Assembly (NCBI GenBank): GCA_035344155.1 | Contig: DAORAL010000005.1 | Span: forward strand, 38,465 to 102,464 | From: Phycisphaerae bacterium | GTDB lineage: Bacteria; Planctomycetota; Phycisphaerae; UBA1845 | Direction: 5' to 3' | Length of the DNA stretch: 64,000 nucleotides | Shown: piece by piece, positions 46,601-55,435 of the stretch | Numbering within the stretch: position 1 is the stretch's first letter | How the letters are laid out: the number at the start of each line of letters is the position of its first letter | The notes under the pieces: generated by a model | Database searches by the model: none | What the model was told of the DNA's origin: nothing | Seen by the model: only the letters and a program-made list of their open reading frames with translations | Position numbers and translations under genes: made by a program

Positions 46601-49550
46601 ACCCGACTGCAATTTGAACGGGGTAGCCGACGCCTGCGACATCGCAGGCATGAACAGCGATGACTGTAATACAAATCATGTTCCCGATGAGTGCGAACCG
46701 GATTGCAACGGCAACGGGGTTGCGGACGGTTGTGATATCGCAGCGGGTTCGGCCAGCGATTGCGACAACAACGGTACGCTGGACGAGTGTGACATTGCGG
46801 AGGGGACTGCTATTGATTGCAACGGAAACGGGACGCCGGATCAATGCGAATTGAACATGGTGTCTTCGGATCAGAACGTCTTGAGCACGACTGCTGATGC
46901 CGCAACCTCAGTTTATGCGGCAGACATTGATGGTGACGGAGATGCCGATGTTCTTGCGGCTGCGTACGGCGATGACGAGATCACCTGGTATGAAAACATC
47001 GACGGTCTGGGCACGCTCGGAGCTCAACAAATTCTCGCTGACGATGCTGATCATGTAAGGGCAGTTTTGACCGCCGATATGGATGGGGACGGCGACGCCG
47101 ATGTTTTGTCCGCGTCGAGGCCACTCGCCTGGTACGAAAATCTGGACGGATTGGGGACCTTTGGCCCAGAGCGTCCCATTGCAACGATGACATCTTATAC
47201 GACGGCCAATTCAATCTTTGCAGTCGACATGGACGGTGATGGAGATACCGACGTGTTGGCCGGGATGGATGTCGACTGTAGGTTGGTATGGTACGAAAAC
47301 AGTGACGGACTCGGTAACTTTGGACTTCCGCATTACATTGACGCGGACCTCTGTGCTCTCTCTGTCTTTGCGGCGGATCTTGATGGCGATGGGGATGCCG
47401 ATGTGCTGGCTGGACCATCGGGCTACAACGTGGTTTCATGGTATGAGAACTCGGACGGGGCCGGAAGTTTTGGACCTCCTCAGCCGCTTCACTCATCCGG
47501 CTATGGTGCAAGGTCAGTTTTTGCCGTCGATGTGGACGGGGACGACGACTTCGATGTGCTGTCGATATTAATTGGAAACGACAGCATCACCTGGCACGAA
47601 AACCTCGACGGGCAAGCAAACTTCGGAGCCGAACAGGTCATCACGAACGCCGCCGGTTCTGCGACTTCGCTCTTTGCCATCGATCTGGATTCAGACGGTG
47701 ATGCTGATGTGCTCTCCGCATCCGGCTTACATGACGAAATCGTCTGGTATCAAAACAATGATGGAATGGGCGAATTCGGCGCCGCGCAATTGGTCGCATC
47801 GAATGTCCTTCTGCCAAGCTCGGTGTTCGCTGCAGACCTGGACGGGGACGGCGATCTTGATGCGCTATCAGCATCGCAAAATGACGACAAGATTGCCTGG
47901 TACAAGAACAGCACGATCAACGACTGCAACAACAACAAGGTTCCGGACGACTGCGACATTGCGAGCGGGACAAGCACGGACTTCAACCAGAACAGCGTGC
48001 CAGACGAGTGTGAAGACTGCAACATGAATCACATCCTCGACTACCTTGAATTGGTGAACAACGACTGCAATTCCAATGGCATTCCCGACGAGTGTGACGA
48101 GGCCGTCAGCGAGAGCAAAGACTGCAATAACAACGGAATCTTCGATGGATGCGAAATTGCAGGCGGAAGTGCGGATGATTGCAATGCAAACCTCGTGCCA
48201 GATGAATGCGAATTGCAGGGGGTTTTCTCAGCCGATGAGGTGATCACGGCTGCCGCGAACGGTGCTTTCGCTGTTATCGCTACAGACATCGACGGCGACG
48301 GCGATGCTGACGTCCTTTCGGCGTCGGCCAACAATCCTAACATCGCGTGGTACAAAAACACGGATGGGTTAGGCATATTCGATAGTCAGCACCCAATCAG
48401 TGACTCTGGCACCGGTGTCAGCTCGATCGATTCGGCCGATCTGGATGGCGATGGCGATGTGGATGTGTTGTTGGCCACGGGGTCCATCTTCAGCAGTTTC
48501 GTTTCGTGGTATGAGAATACCGACGGGCTCGGCGAATTTGGGCCGCGAAATGTAATCTCCAGTGGAGTTCATAGAGAACATTCGGCGTCTGCTGCGGACT
48601 TGGACGGAGACGGAGACGCCGATGTCTTATCCGGGTCTTGGAATGACCTTGCGTGGCGCGAAAACACGGATGGTCTCGGGACTTTCGGTCCAAGGACTGT
48701 GATCTCGGATCTTGTTACAAATGTCGTCTCGGTGGTCTCTGCTGATCTGGATGGGGACGGGGACCTCGACGTCATTTCTGTGTCCTCAAACGACGGAAAG
48801 GTCGCGTGGTATCAAAACATCGATGGACTGGGGAGTTTCGGACCGCAGCAGCTCATCGCCGGACCCGTTACTGTTCGATCGATCCGTACTGCAGATCTGG
48901 ACGGTGATGGTGATGCCGATGTGTTGTACGCAAGGAGCTCCAGTGTGGCTTGGCACGAGAATACGGATGGGTTGGGAACCTTCGGACCGTCGCAACTAGT
49001 CGGCGAGGGCGCTCAGACGGCGCGGTCTGTCTTTGCGATTGACCTGGATGGTGATGGCGACATCGATGTACTTTCTGCCTCGTCTGGCGATGACAAGATC
49101 GCATGGTATGAAAACACGGACGGGCTGGCCAACTTTGGTCCGCAGCAGATCATCTCGACGTCAGCCGATGGCGCGCGATCGGTTTTTGCAGCCGACCTGG
49201 ATGGCGATGGAGATGCCGACGTGCTATCCGCGTCCTACGACGATGACACCATCGCCTGGTATGCGAATATCGGCTACGACTGCAACCGCAACCGCGTTCC
49301 GGATGATTGCGAAATCGATACCGATGGCGACGGTCTGATCGACGGCTGCGATCGCTGCGCAGGTGGAATGGCGAGCGGAGACCGGGACGGAAACGGCATC
49401 ATTGATCTTGCCGATTTCACAGGATTGGAGCCGTGCCTGGTCGGACCTGAGAGCGATCTCAATGAAGGTTGTGAATGTTTCGATTTCGATCTTGACGGTG
49501 ACAATGACTTGAATGACTTCGCGGTGTTTCAGGCGATCTTTGTGCCATAG
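43668..49550 (+). CDS. P6: 1960-aa secreted protein with four 7-repeat FG-GAP/VCBS beta-propeller units separated by Cys-rich DCNxNGxPDECE repeat arrays; dockerin-like tail
   Basis: Signal peptide SVLIAVAVVAAALVFGAATGRACA. Seven FGxSVAxxGxxxxxGA...YVF repeats (~43850-44965). Three sets of seven ADLDGDGDxDVLSAS..DDKIAWYENxDGLGxFG repeats (~45340-46390, ~46860-47905, ~48220-49265). Cys-rich arrays at ~44985-45330, ~46400-46853 and ~47919-48215. Tail GDRDGNGIIDLADFTGLEPCLVGP...CECFDFDLDGDNDLNDFAVFQAIF. Confidence 0.85.
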   Translation: MHHPTDRRFRPDSVLIAVAVVAAALVFGAATGRACAADCNSNGIEDAVELSPGEQIAKLVANDASLDANFGNSVAMDGDTAIIGAWRDDENGSFSGAAYVFRDNGGSWQQVAKLTADDAVENNFFGVSVAISGNTVVVGAYGSADPLSLVGSAYVFREQNNSWQQIAKLTADDGADHDYFGIGSTGGIAITGDMIVIGAVGDQDNGLWSGSAYVFREIQGVWQQTTKLTSNDALANDFFGATVALSGGTVIIGAYGSGGTNNGASYVFREINGDWQQIGKLSDANPAAEGRFGWSVAISEDTAIVGSPESNENANGSGVTYVFREIEGAWQRIAKLVADDGEAFDWFGASVAINGNIAIIGAPGRDNGDLDFGAAYVFREDGGVWRQIATFTAADGTSDDDFGNNVAMAGNIAVFGVPSHGDGLLNRSGAAYVFKIPRTDCNANGVLDECDIASATSPDCNSNGVPDECEADCNSNGIPDECDFAELTSTDCNLNGLPDECELIGNDCNSNDYPDECDIAGLTSSDCNRNNVPDECEPPTADCNVNGVPDVCEYQLTFSGQKIISIDADGANAVYTADLDGDGDLDVLSASNADDKIAWYENIDGAGTFGPQRIISSTAAGANSVFAADLDGDGDADVISSSSSDRKIAWYENIDGLGAFGLPTVFEIGLDTPISVIAADLDGDLDLDILFATRGFANVAWFENTDGLGAFGPIEIIDDFSGLVSSAIPADLDGDGDLDVLATLDFDDTVLWYENTDGLGTFDYWQVITTVANGALSAFAADLDGDGDLDVLSASKLDSKIAFYENTDGLGSFGPQQIISTDMDRPASVSARDLDGDGDLDVLSASSGDDKIAWYENTGGLGQFGAQQVITVAADGAKSVITADLDGDGDFDVLSVSPDDDKIAWYEVETVNDCNNNDVHDECDIAGATSLDCNNNAVPDECELVLNDCNMNGVPDDCDVEQAASLDCDGNGVPDECQPDCNLNGVADACDIAGMNSDDCNTNHVPDECEPDCNGNGVADGCDIAAGSASDCDNNGTLDECDIAEGTAIDCNGNGTPDQCELNMVSSDQNVLSTTADAATSVYAADIDGDGDADVLAAAYGDDEITWYENIDGLGTLGAQQILADDADHVRAVLTADMDGDGDADVLSASRPLAWYENLDGLGTFGPERPIATMTSYTTANSIFAVDMDGDGDTDVLAGMDVDCRLVWYENSDGLGNFGLPHYIDADLCALSVFAADLDGDGDADVLAGPSGYNVVSWYENSDGAGSFGPPQPLHSSGYGARSVFAVDVDGDDDFDVLSILIGNDSITWHENLDGQANFGAEQVITNAAGSATSLFAIDLDSDGDADVLSASGLHDEIVWYQNNDGMGEFGAAQLVASNVLLPSSVFAADLDGDGDLDALSASQNDDKIAWYKNSTINDCNNNKVPDDCDIASGTSTDFNQNSVPDECEDCNMNHILDYLELVNNDCNSNGIPDECDEAVSESKDCNNNGIFDGCEIAGGSADDCNANLVPDECELQGVFSADEVITAAANGAFAVIATDIDGDGDADVLSASANNPNIAWYKNTDGLGIFDSQHPISDSGTGVSSIDSADLDGDGDVDVLLATGSIFSSFVSWYENTDGLGEFGPRNVISSGVHREHSASAADLDGDGDADVLSGSWNDLAWRENTDGLGTFGPRTVISDLVTNVVSVVSADLDGDGDLDVISVSSNDGKVAWYQNIDGLGSFGPQQLIAGPVTVRSIRTADLDGDGDADVLYARSSSVAWHENTDGLGTFGPSQLVGEGAQTARSVFAIDLDGDGDIDVLSASSGDDKIAWYENTDGLANFGPQQIISTSADGARSVFAADLDGDGDADVLSASYDDDTIAWYANIGYDCNRNRVPDDCEIDTDGDGLIDGCDRCAGGMASGDRDGNGIIDLADFTGLEPCLVGPESDLNEGCECFDFDLDGDNDLNDFAVFQAIFVP

Positions 49551-49882
49551 CGATTGGTACAAACAGTCTGTTGCCCGGTATCCAGCTTACGCTGCGGTGT
49601 GAAAGCCGTATGAACGCCACTGAGAGTAATCGTGCGTACGAGACAGCAATCAAATAATGCCTGCATAATGGATCAAAACCATCAGCGATAGAATTTCGAA
49701 TGCTCTGATCCTCGGCCAGGGGCATCCGATTCGTAACTGCGATTGGCAACTGAATCTCTCAAGTTTTCGTTAGGGCACTTTGAGTCCAAACGAAGCGGCG
49801 CGACAGCGTCGTCATTGCCGCGCAGGCGGGAATCCTTGGGCAGAACCAAGTCACTCAAGGTACGTACCGGCGCCCGTGCTGT

Positions 49883-49932
49883 GAAGAATGGACGAGCAAA
49901 ACGCTACGAAGAATGGACGAGCAAAACGCTAC
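49883..49932. repeat. perfect 25-bp tandem duplication in a convergent intergenic region
   Basis: GAAGAATGGACGAGCAAAACGCTAC occurs twice, head to tail. Confidence 0.9.
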
Positions 49933-50095
49933 GCTTGGCTTGAGATCGCTATGGAGCAAATAGCGCATCCCTCTGGCACATCCTCGCAGTTTGTGTCGAA
50001 CACACCATCAAAGCCTCTTTGTAAGGATCGGCGCTGCAGAAAACGTCATCGCTGGCACGATCGCTGCACATCACTTGCGCCAAAAACGTTGGCGG

Positions 50096-52687
50096 TTACA
50101 TTCCCAGCAGGGCGTCGCCCACCGCCTGCCAGACCGCGCGACGAAACGCCCCGACCTTGCCGGTATCGTCCGGATGGACACGGTTCGTCAGCGCGATGAC
50201 ATAAACGCCGGCTTGCGGATAGATGCGCATTGCTGTTCCGGTGTACCCCGTGTGACCATAACCGTATATCGAGTCGATCCCGGTATTGCCCGGGTCCGAT
50301 GGAAAACTATCCCACAAAAGACCTCGGCGATTTGGCTTGCCATCTTTCCCCACGGCTTTGGGATCTTGAACGCGGCTCATGAGTTCGATTGTCTCGGGTT
50401 TGAGAATCCGCACGCCATCCAACTCGCCGCCGTTGAGCAGCATCTGTGCAAACCGTTCCAAGTCAGCGGCTGTGCTGAACAGACCCGCGTTGCCCGAAAC
50501 GCCGTCCTGCATGGCGGCCAACGGGTCGTGGACTTCGCCGCGCAGAAAACCGTCCGCGTGGGGGCTACGCTTGGCTTGGGTGGTTGGCGCGATTCGATTC
50601 GCGAGTGTTGCGGGCGGACGGTAGCCGGTGTCGCGCATACCAAGCGGTGCAAACACATGCTCCTTGGCATAGACGTCGATCGGTTGACCACTGACACTTT
50701 CGACAATATTCGCGCAGAGGATTGCGTTGAGGCAACTGTAGACCACAGGCCCGCCGGCTTCGGTTGAGAGCTTCAACGTGCGCACGCGCTGCCGCAATGC
50801 CTGCGGACAGGGATACCCCGAAGCCGCGTGAATCTTCTCCTGCTCGCCGGCGCCGATGTACGGTTTCATTCCAGAACGATGCGTCATCAGATCGCGCACT
50901 GTCACGGCGTCCTTTTGAGGACCTCCAAAGTCAGGCAGATAGGTCTTGACCGGCTCGTCGAGCTTCACCTTTCCCTGCTCAATGAGTTGCATCAGACTCG
51001 TGCCGGTCGCGAGTGGTTTCGTCAGCGAGGCCATATCGAACACGGCGTCGACCGGCATCGGGATGGGTGTCGGCTGCGTTTGCAAGAAACCATACGACCC
51101 GCGCCACGTCTCGAAACCGCCTGGCGTCTTCCGTCCGACGGCGATCACGGCTCCGGGAATGTCGCCAGCCGCCAGCAGATCGGGCACGATCGTGTCGAGC
51201 GTTTCCGCGAACGCATCCACACCGTGATCAAGCGGTTCCGTGGTGAAATCGAATGACCACGACCATTCGTCGAAGTAGAGGTTATGCCCATCGATCTCTA
51301 CTTCGCCGCGCTGAAAGTCGTTCGGTTCGCTTCGAAAACTCGTCTTGGGGGGAATCAGTTCCTGCCCATAATCGAGATTCACGATCATGCGATAGGGATC
51401 AAGATTACCGCAATAAAAGTCCCGCACGCGCACGTTGGGATGATCCTGCAACCCGTAAGACGCATCTGCCGGCAACCAACCCCAGGGCTCGACGTAGAAT
51501 TCCGACCAGTCGTGCATGTTCCAGTTGATCGGCTTTGTTTCCCAGCCCGATTGCCACCGTGCGGGAATGCCAGCCGCCCGGCAGAGTGTGATGAACGACA
51601 TGCCCTGCACGCCGCAATCGCCGCGACCGGCGGTCAGCCCCTTGTCGCTCAGGTTGAAGATCGTGCTGTATTCCATCTCCGCGCACCACGGCACGTTGGC
51701 ATCGATCCAGCGGAAGATTTTGCGCGCCGCCTGCAACGGATTCGTCTCGTCACCGACCACTTCCTTTACAATCTGTCGCACTTTGGGCGTGAAGACGATG
51801 TGCGGGGCGCGCTCCGCGGTGTAGGTGCGATAAAGTTCGCTCGTTTTGTCGTACGGTTTTGCTTGTGCGGGATCAGGCAGGGGGCAGTATGCCGACGTGG
51901 TGAACTCAAACGTCGCGGAGAACGTAAGCGGAGCGTTTACGTCTTCAATTTTGCGTTCAAAGTAGATCGTGCGCTGTGGGGCGTCCTTCGGCGCGATTTC
52001 GGACGCTTCCGGATCGCTGCGAATCAGTCGCACATCACGCTGCTGCCGGTATTCCTGCGGAAATGGCAACCAACAGCGCACCGTCGCCCCCGATTTGACG
52101 CGAGCGTTGCCTGGCTTGATTGTGATTGTGTAGGTTCCCGTGTGCTTGACGGGAAAGACTTCGGGTCCTTTGCCGGCTTCGGCGCGTTTGACCAGTCGCT
52201 CGAGGTGACGGGGCAGGTCGAATTGCGAACCAGCGGCCTCGACCGTGCGCTTGCGACGTGCTTGTGCTTCCGGGCAGAAGCGCAGCAACGTGCCCGCAGC
52301 GCGCGAGAAGTACCATGTCTTCCCGTCGATGACGCGATGCTGCAAATCCCCGGAGTCGCGCCAACGTTCGACGTCGGTCATCGTGGCGTCGGGAATCGAG
52401 AGTTTGAGTTGCGCCAACATCGACTCGGGCGTCAGGCGATAGTCCCGACGAATTCGCCGCATTTGTTCGCGCAGTATCGCGAATGCATCCGTTACGGGCG
52501 CATCTGGATTTGCAATGTGCGGCGCGATCAGCGTCTCGGCTTCGGCAAACCGACCGGCTTGAACCGCCGCCCGCGCCTCGCTCAAGACCGCGTCCGCACT
52601 TGCCCGCGCCGTGTCCGTCAGGCACGTCACGCACAGAACCGCCGCCAACAAACTTCCCGCCCGCCTCAAGACATTCCGCTCGTTCAT
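50096..52687 (-). CDS. secreted fusion protein: transglutaminase-like cysteine protease domain + serine beta-lactamase/PBP-like hydrolase domain (~863 aa)
   Basis: GGAGG before ATG 52687; signal peptide LLAAVLCVTCLTDTARASA. Transglutaminase core GRGDCGVQGMSFITLCRAAGIPARW. Beta-lactamase SxxK motif FDMASLTKPL and later YGYGHTGYTGT. Confidence 0.75.
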   Translation of the reverse strand: MNERNVLRRAGSLLAAVLCVTCLTDTARASADAVLSEARAAVQAGRFAEAETLIAPHIANPDAPVTDAFAILREQMRRIRRDYRLTPESMLAQLKLSIPDATMTDVERWRDSGDLQHRVIDGKTWYFSRAAGTLLRFCPEAQARRKRTVEAAGSQFDLPRHLERLVKRAEAGKGPEVFPVKHTGTYTITIKPGNARVKSGATVRCWLPFPQEYRQQRDVRLIRSDPEASEIAPKDAPQRTIYFERKIEDVNAPLTFSATFEFTTSAYCPLPDPAQAKPYDKTSELYRTYTAERAPHIVFTPKVRQIVKEVVGDETNPLQAARKIFRWIDANVPWCAEMEYSTIFNLSDKGLTAGRGDCGVQGMSFITLCRAAGIPARWQSGWETKPINWNMHDWSEFYVEPWGWLPADASYGLQDHPNVRVRDFYCGNLDPYRMIVNLDYGQELIPPKTSFRSEPNDFQRGEVEIDGHNLYFDEWSWSFDFTTEPLDHGVDAFAETLDTIVPDLLAAGDIPGAVIAVGRKTPGGFETWRGSYGFLQTQPTPIPMPVDAVFDMASLTKPLATGTSLMQLIEQGKVKLDEPVKTYLPDFGGPQKDAVTVRDLMTHRSGMKPYIGAGEQEKIHAASGYPCPQALRQRVRTLKLSTEAGGPVVYSCLNAILCANIVESVSGQPIDVYAKEHVFAPLGMRDTGYRPPATLANRIAPTTQAKRSPHADGFLRGEVHDPLAAMQDGVSGNAGLFSTAADLERFAQMLLNGGELDGVRILKPETIELMSRVQDPKAVGKDGKPNRRGLLWDSFPSDPGNTGIDSIYGYGHTGYTGTAMRIYPQAGVYVIALTNRVHPDDTGKVGAFRRAVWQAVGDALLGM

Positions 52688-53417
52688 GATCCTCCACCTT
52701 CCGAGACATTGCGCCAAGTCATTACCAGATGACGTACGATAGCCCAAGGCTGCGGCTGCGTCGAACACCCGCAGATGACTTGGGTCGACGTGACCGGGGC
52801 GTCGATTCCGTCACCGTCGTACCCGTCAAGGTCGGCACCGTAAGTGGACTTGGTAGCGTCGCCCATTGACCTTTTCCGGCTCAGATTTCCGGTGCGAGTC
52901 ACATTGTCGGCTGGCGTCTGGCCATTCGTGGGACGTTGTAGCCAGCGGCGGTCAATTCACGCTGTTGTTTGATGGCACTGTTGTTTGATCGCGGCACGTA
53001 ACGTGAACCCTTCACGAATCAACACGATGCATTTTACACAACACAATCATGATTGATGTCGCCAAACGGTGATCGTTGGCTGCCCGCTGGTTTGCATGGA
53101 TGGATTCAATTGTTATGCGATTCAGACGTTGAATTATCGTGCCTATCAGACATGGGCGAGAATTCCTTTGAAGGTGACCGTTCAACTCTTGAGACGCATT
53201 TTTGAAGTATTATTTGCGTGTTTCGCTGTTGCGCACTATATTTTGAATTGATTATCGGTGAGCGCGAACGGCTTTTTTGTTCTTCATGGCCAATGGTTCT
53301 TCTTCCGCGCTCGTCTTCAAGAATTGTGTTGTTCTACCGTCGATCCATTGCGCTGCAGATCAAATCGAGCGCTGTGGTTCAAGACTCGCCCGGCTGATCA
53401 AAAGGAGGATTGGTTTT

Positions 53418-54980
53418 ATGTGCGGAATCGTCGGCGTCATTGGTGATGCCGAGCAAACGGCCGCGGAAACGATGCTTGATTCTATCGGGCACCGGGGCAC
53501 AGACAGCCGGCGCTGGCGGCATTTCGATCGCTTCGGATCCTTGGGGATCAATCGTCTTTCAATCATCGATGTGGATCGTGGCGATCAGCCGCTGTTTAAC
53601 GAAAACGGCAGCTTGGCGCTCGTTTGCAATGGTGAAGTCTACAATCACGAACCCATTCGGCGCGACCTTGCGGGAACACACACCTTCGCAACCGGTTCAG
53701 ACGCCGAAGTCATCGTTCACCTCTACGAAGAATACGGCGATGACGCCATCAAGTTTCTCGATGGCATGTTCGCATTCATTCTCTTCGATTTCAAAAAAGG
53801 TCGCGTGCTGATCGGTCGCGATTCGCTGGGAATCAAACCCCTGTGGTATCGCAGTGATGGTGAGACCACCTACGTCGCCAGCGAAATCAAAGCCTTGATC
53901 GATTATGGTGAACACGGAATTCGCGAACTTCCGCCCGGGCACATCTGGACAAGCGATGGCGGGGTCGAACGATACTGGGAGCCATGCCTCGCCACCTCCA
54001 AACCCGATTTTGGACTTTGCCGATCACTGCTGACGCACTCCGTCCGCAAGCGAATGATGAGCGATGTCGGCGTCGGAACATTTCTGTCCGGTGGGATCGA
54101 CAGCAGTTTGATCACCGCGTTGGCCGCGAAGGAAAATCCAAACATTCGCGCGTACACCGTGGGGATGGAAGGCGCACCGGATGTCGAGATGGCCCGTCGC
54201 GTCGCGAGTTTTCTGGGCATTCAACACATCGTCAAAACATTTACCATCGACGACATGTTGGCGCTCTTGCCGGAAGCGATCTACTACATCGAAAGCTATA
54301 ACCCCTCGATGGTCACCGGCGCGATTGTGACTTACATGTGTTCAAAGCTGGCGGCTGAGGATGGCTCGAAGGTCGTGCTATGTGGTGAAGGCGCAGATGA
54401 ACTGTTCGGCGGATACTCGGCAGTCCGGTCGCTGACGTTCCTCGAATTGCGACGCAAGCTTGCCGACCTGCTTCGCAACCTGCACAAGACCGAGTTGAAG
54501 CGACTCGATCGACTGAGCATGGCCACAACGCTGGAGGCCCGCGTTCCGTTTCTCGATCGGCAGTTTGTTGAGTACGCGTTCAATCTTCCATCGGAAGACA
54601 AGATCAAGAACATCGACGGCAAGCGCATTGAAAAATGGCATTTGCGAAAGGCGTTTGAAGGGTATTTGCCGGATGAATTGATCTGGCGCGAAAAATGCCC
54701 GTTCGATCAAGGCAGTGGTGGACGCTCACTCATTCCGGTCATCGAAGACACAATCGATGATCAAACATACGCCCGCAAGTGCGAGGAGTATGCGCCGTGG
54801 AACATTCAGAGCAAGGAGATGCTGTACTACTTCGAGATCTGGAAGAGCCATTTCGGCGAGTTGCTCGAACCGGGGCACACGTTTGAAATGTTCGGCGACT
54901 ATCCCGTGCTGATGGATCAGATCGCTGACCGTGGAATCGCGGCTGCGAAAGAGGCAGCGATCGAGTCCGTCAACTCATGA
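53418..54980 (+). CDS. asnB: asparagine synthase (glutamine-hydrolysing) family amidotransferase
   Basis: AAAGGAGGA precedes ATG 53418. N-terminal nucleophile MCGIVGV. Also HRGTDS and the PP-loop FLSGGIDSS. Confidence 0.85.
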   Translation: MCGIVGVIGDAEQTAAETMLDSIGHRGTDSRRWRHFDRFGSLGINRLSIIDVDRGDQPLFNENGSLALVCNGEVYNHEPIRRDLAGTHTFATGSDAEVIVHLYEEYGDDAIKFLDGMFAFILFDFKKGRVLIGRDSLGIKPLWYRSDGETTYVASEIKALIDYGEHGIRELPPGHIWTSDGGVERYWEPCLATSKPDFGLCRSLLTHSVRKRMMSDVGVGTFLSGGIDSSLITALAAKENPNIRAYTVGMEGAPDVEMARRVASFLGIQHIVKTFTIDDMLALLPEAIYYIESYNPSMVTGAIVTYMCSKLAAEDGSKVVLCGEGADELFGGYSAVRSLTFLELRRKLADLLRNLHKTELKRLDRLSMATTLEARVPFLDRQFVEYAFNLPSEDKIKNIDGKRIEKWHLRKAFEGYLPDELIWREKCPFDQGSGGRSLIPVIEDTIDDQTYARKCEEYAPWNIQSKEMLYYFEIWKSHFGELLEPGHTFEMFGDYPVLMDQIADRGIAAAKEAAIESVNS

Positions 54981-55435
54981 TGGTTTCGTTGGCGGTCACA
55001 GCAATATTTTTGGGCGTCGGCGCGCTGCCGGAGGGGGGCGCGCCCACGCTTACAAGCAATCCACCTGTCGCGGATGGTGGCGCGGCAGTCAGTGAGAACG
55101 GCTACTTTCAAATCAGTTGGACACTCGCCGACGCTGGCGACGACACTGTTTTCGTTCTCGAAGAATCGTCGTCTGCAGATTTCGCAAACCCGATTGAGGT
55201 GTACCACGGAGTCGATCGATCCACGACGTTCAGCGGACGCCAGGACGGCGTCTCATTCTTTCGCGTCAAGTCCGAAGGAGGATCGTGGGGTGAACCGCTC
55301 AAGGTTGTCGTCCAACACCACAGCCTCGGCGAAGCGTTGATCTATCTCGCTGCCGGGGCGGCGGTGTTTCTGTCGACAGCCGCACTTGTCATTTTCGGTC
55401 ACATCCAGCACCGCAGGGAAGGGCTGCACCAGTGA
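54977..55435 (+). CDS. membrane-flanked FN3-like hypothetical protein (152 aa)
   Basis: ATGA overlap with asnB. N- and C-terminal hydrophobic helices. Central beta-rich segment YFQISWTL...VFVLEESSSADFANPIEVYHG...FFRVKSE. Confidence 0.45.
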   Translation: MMVSLAVTAIFLGVGALPEGGAPTLTSNPPVADGGAAVSENGYFQISWTLADAGDDTVFVLEESSSADFANPIEVYHGVDRSTTFSGRQDGVSFFRVKSEGGSWGEPLKVVVQHHSLGEALIYLAAGAAVFLSTAALVIFGHIQHRREGLHQ

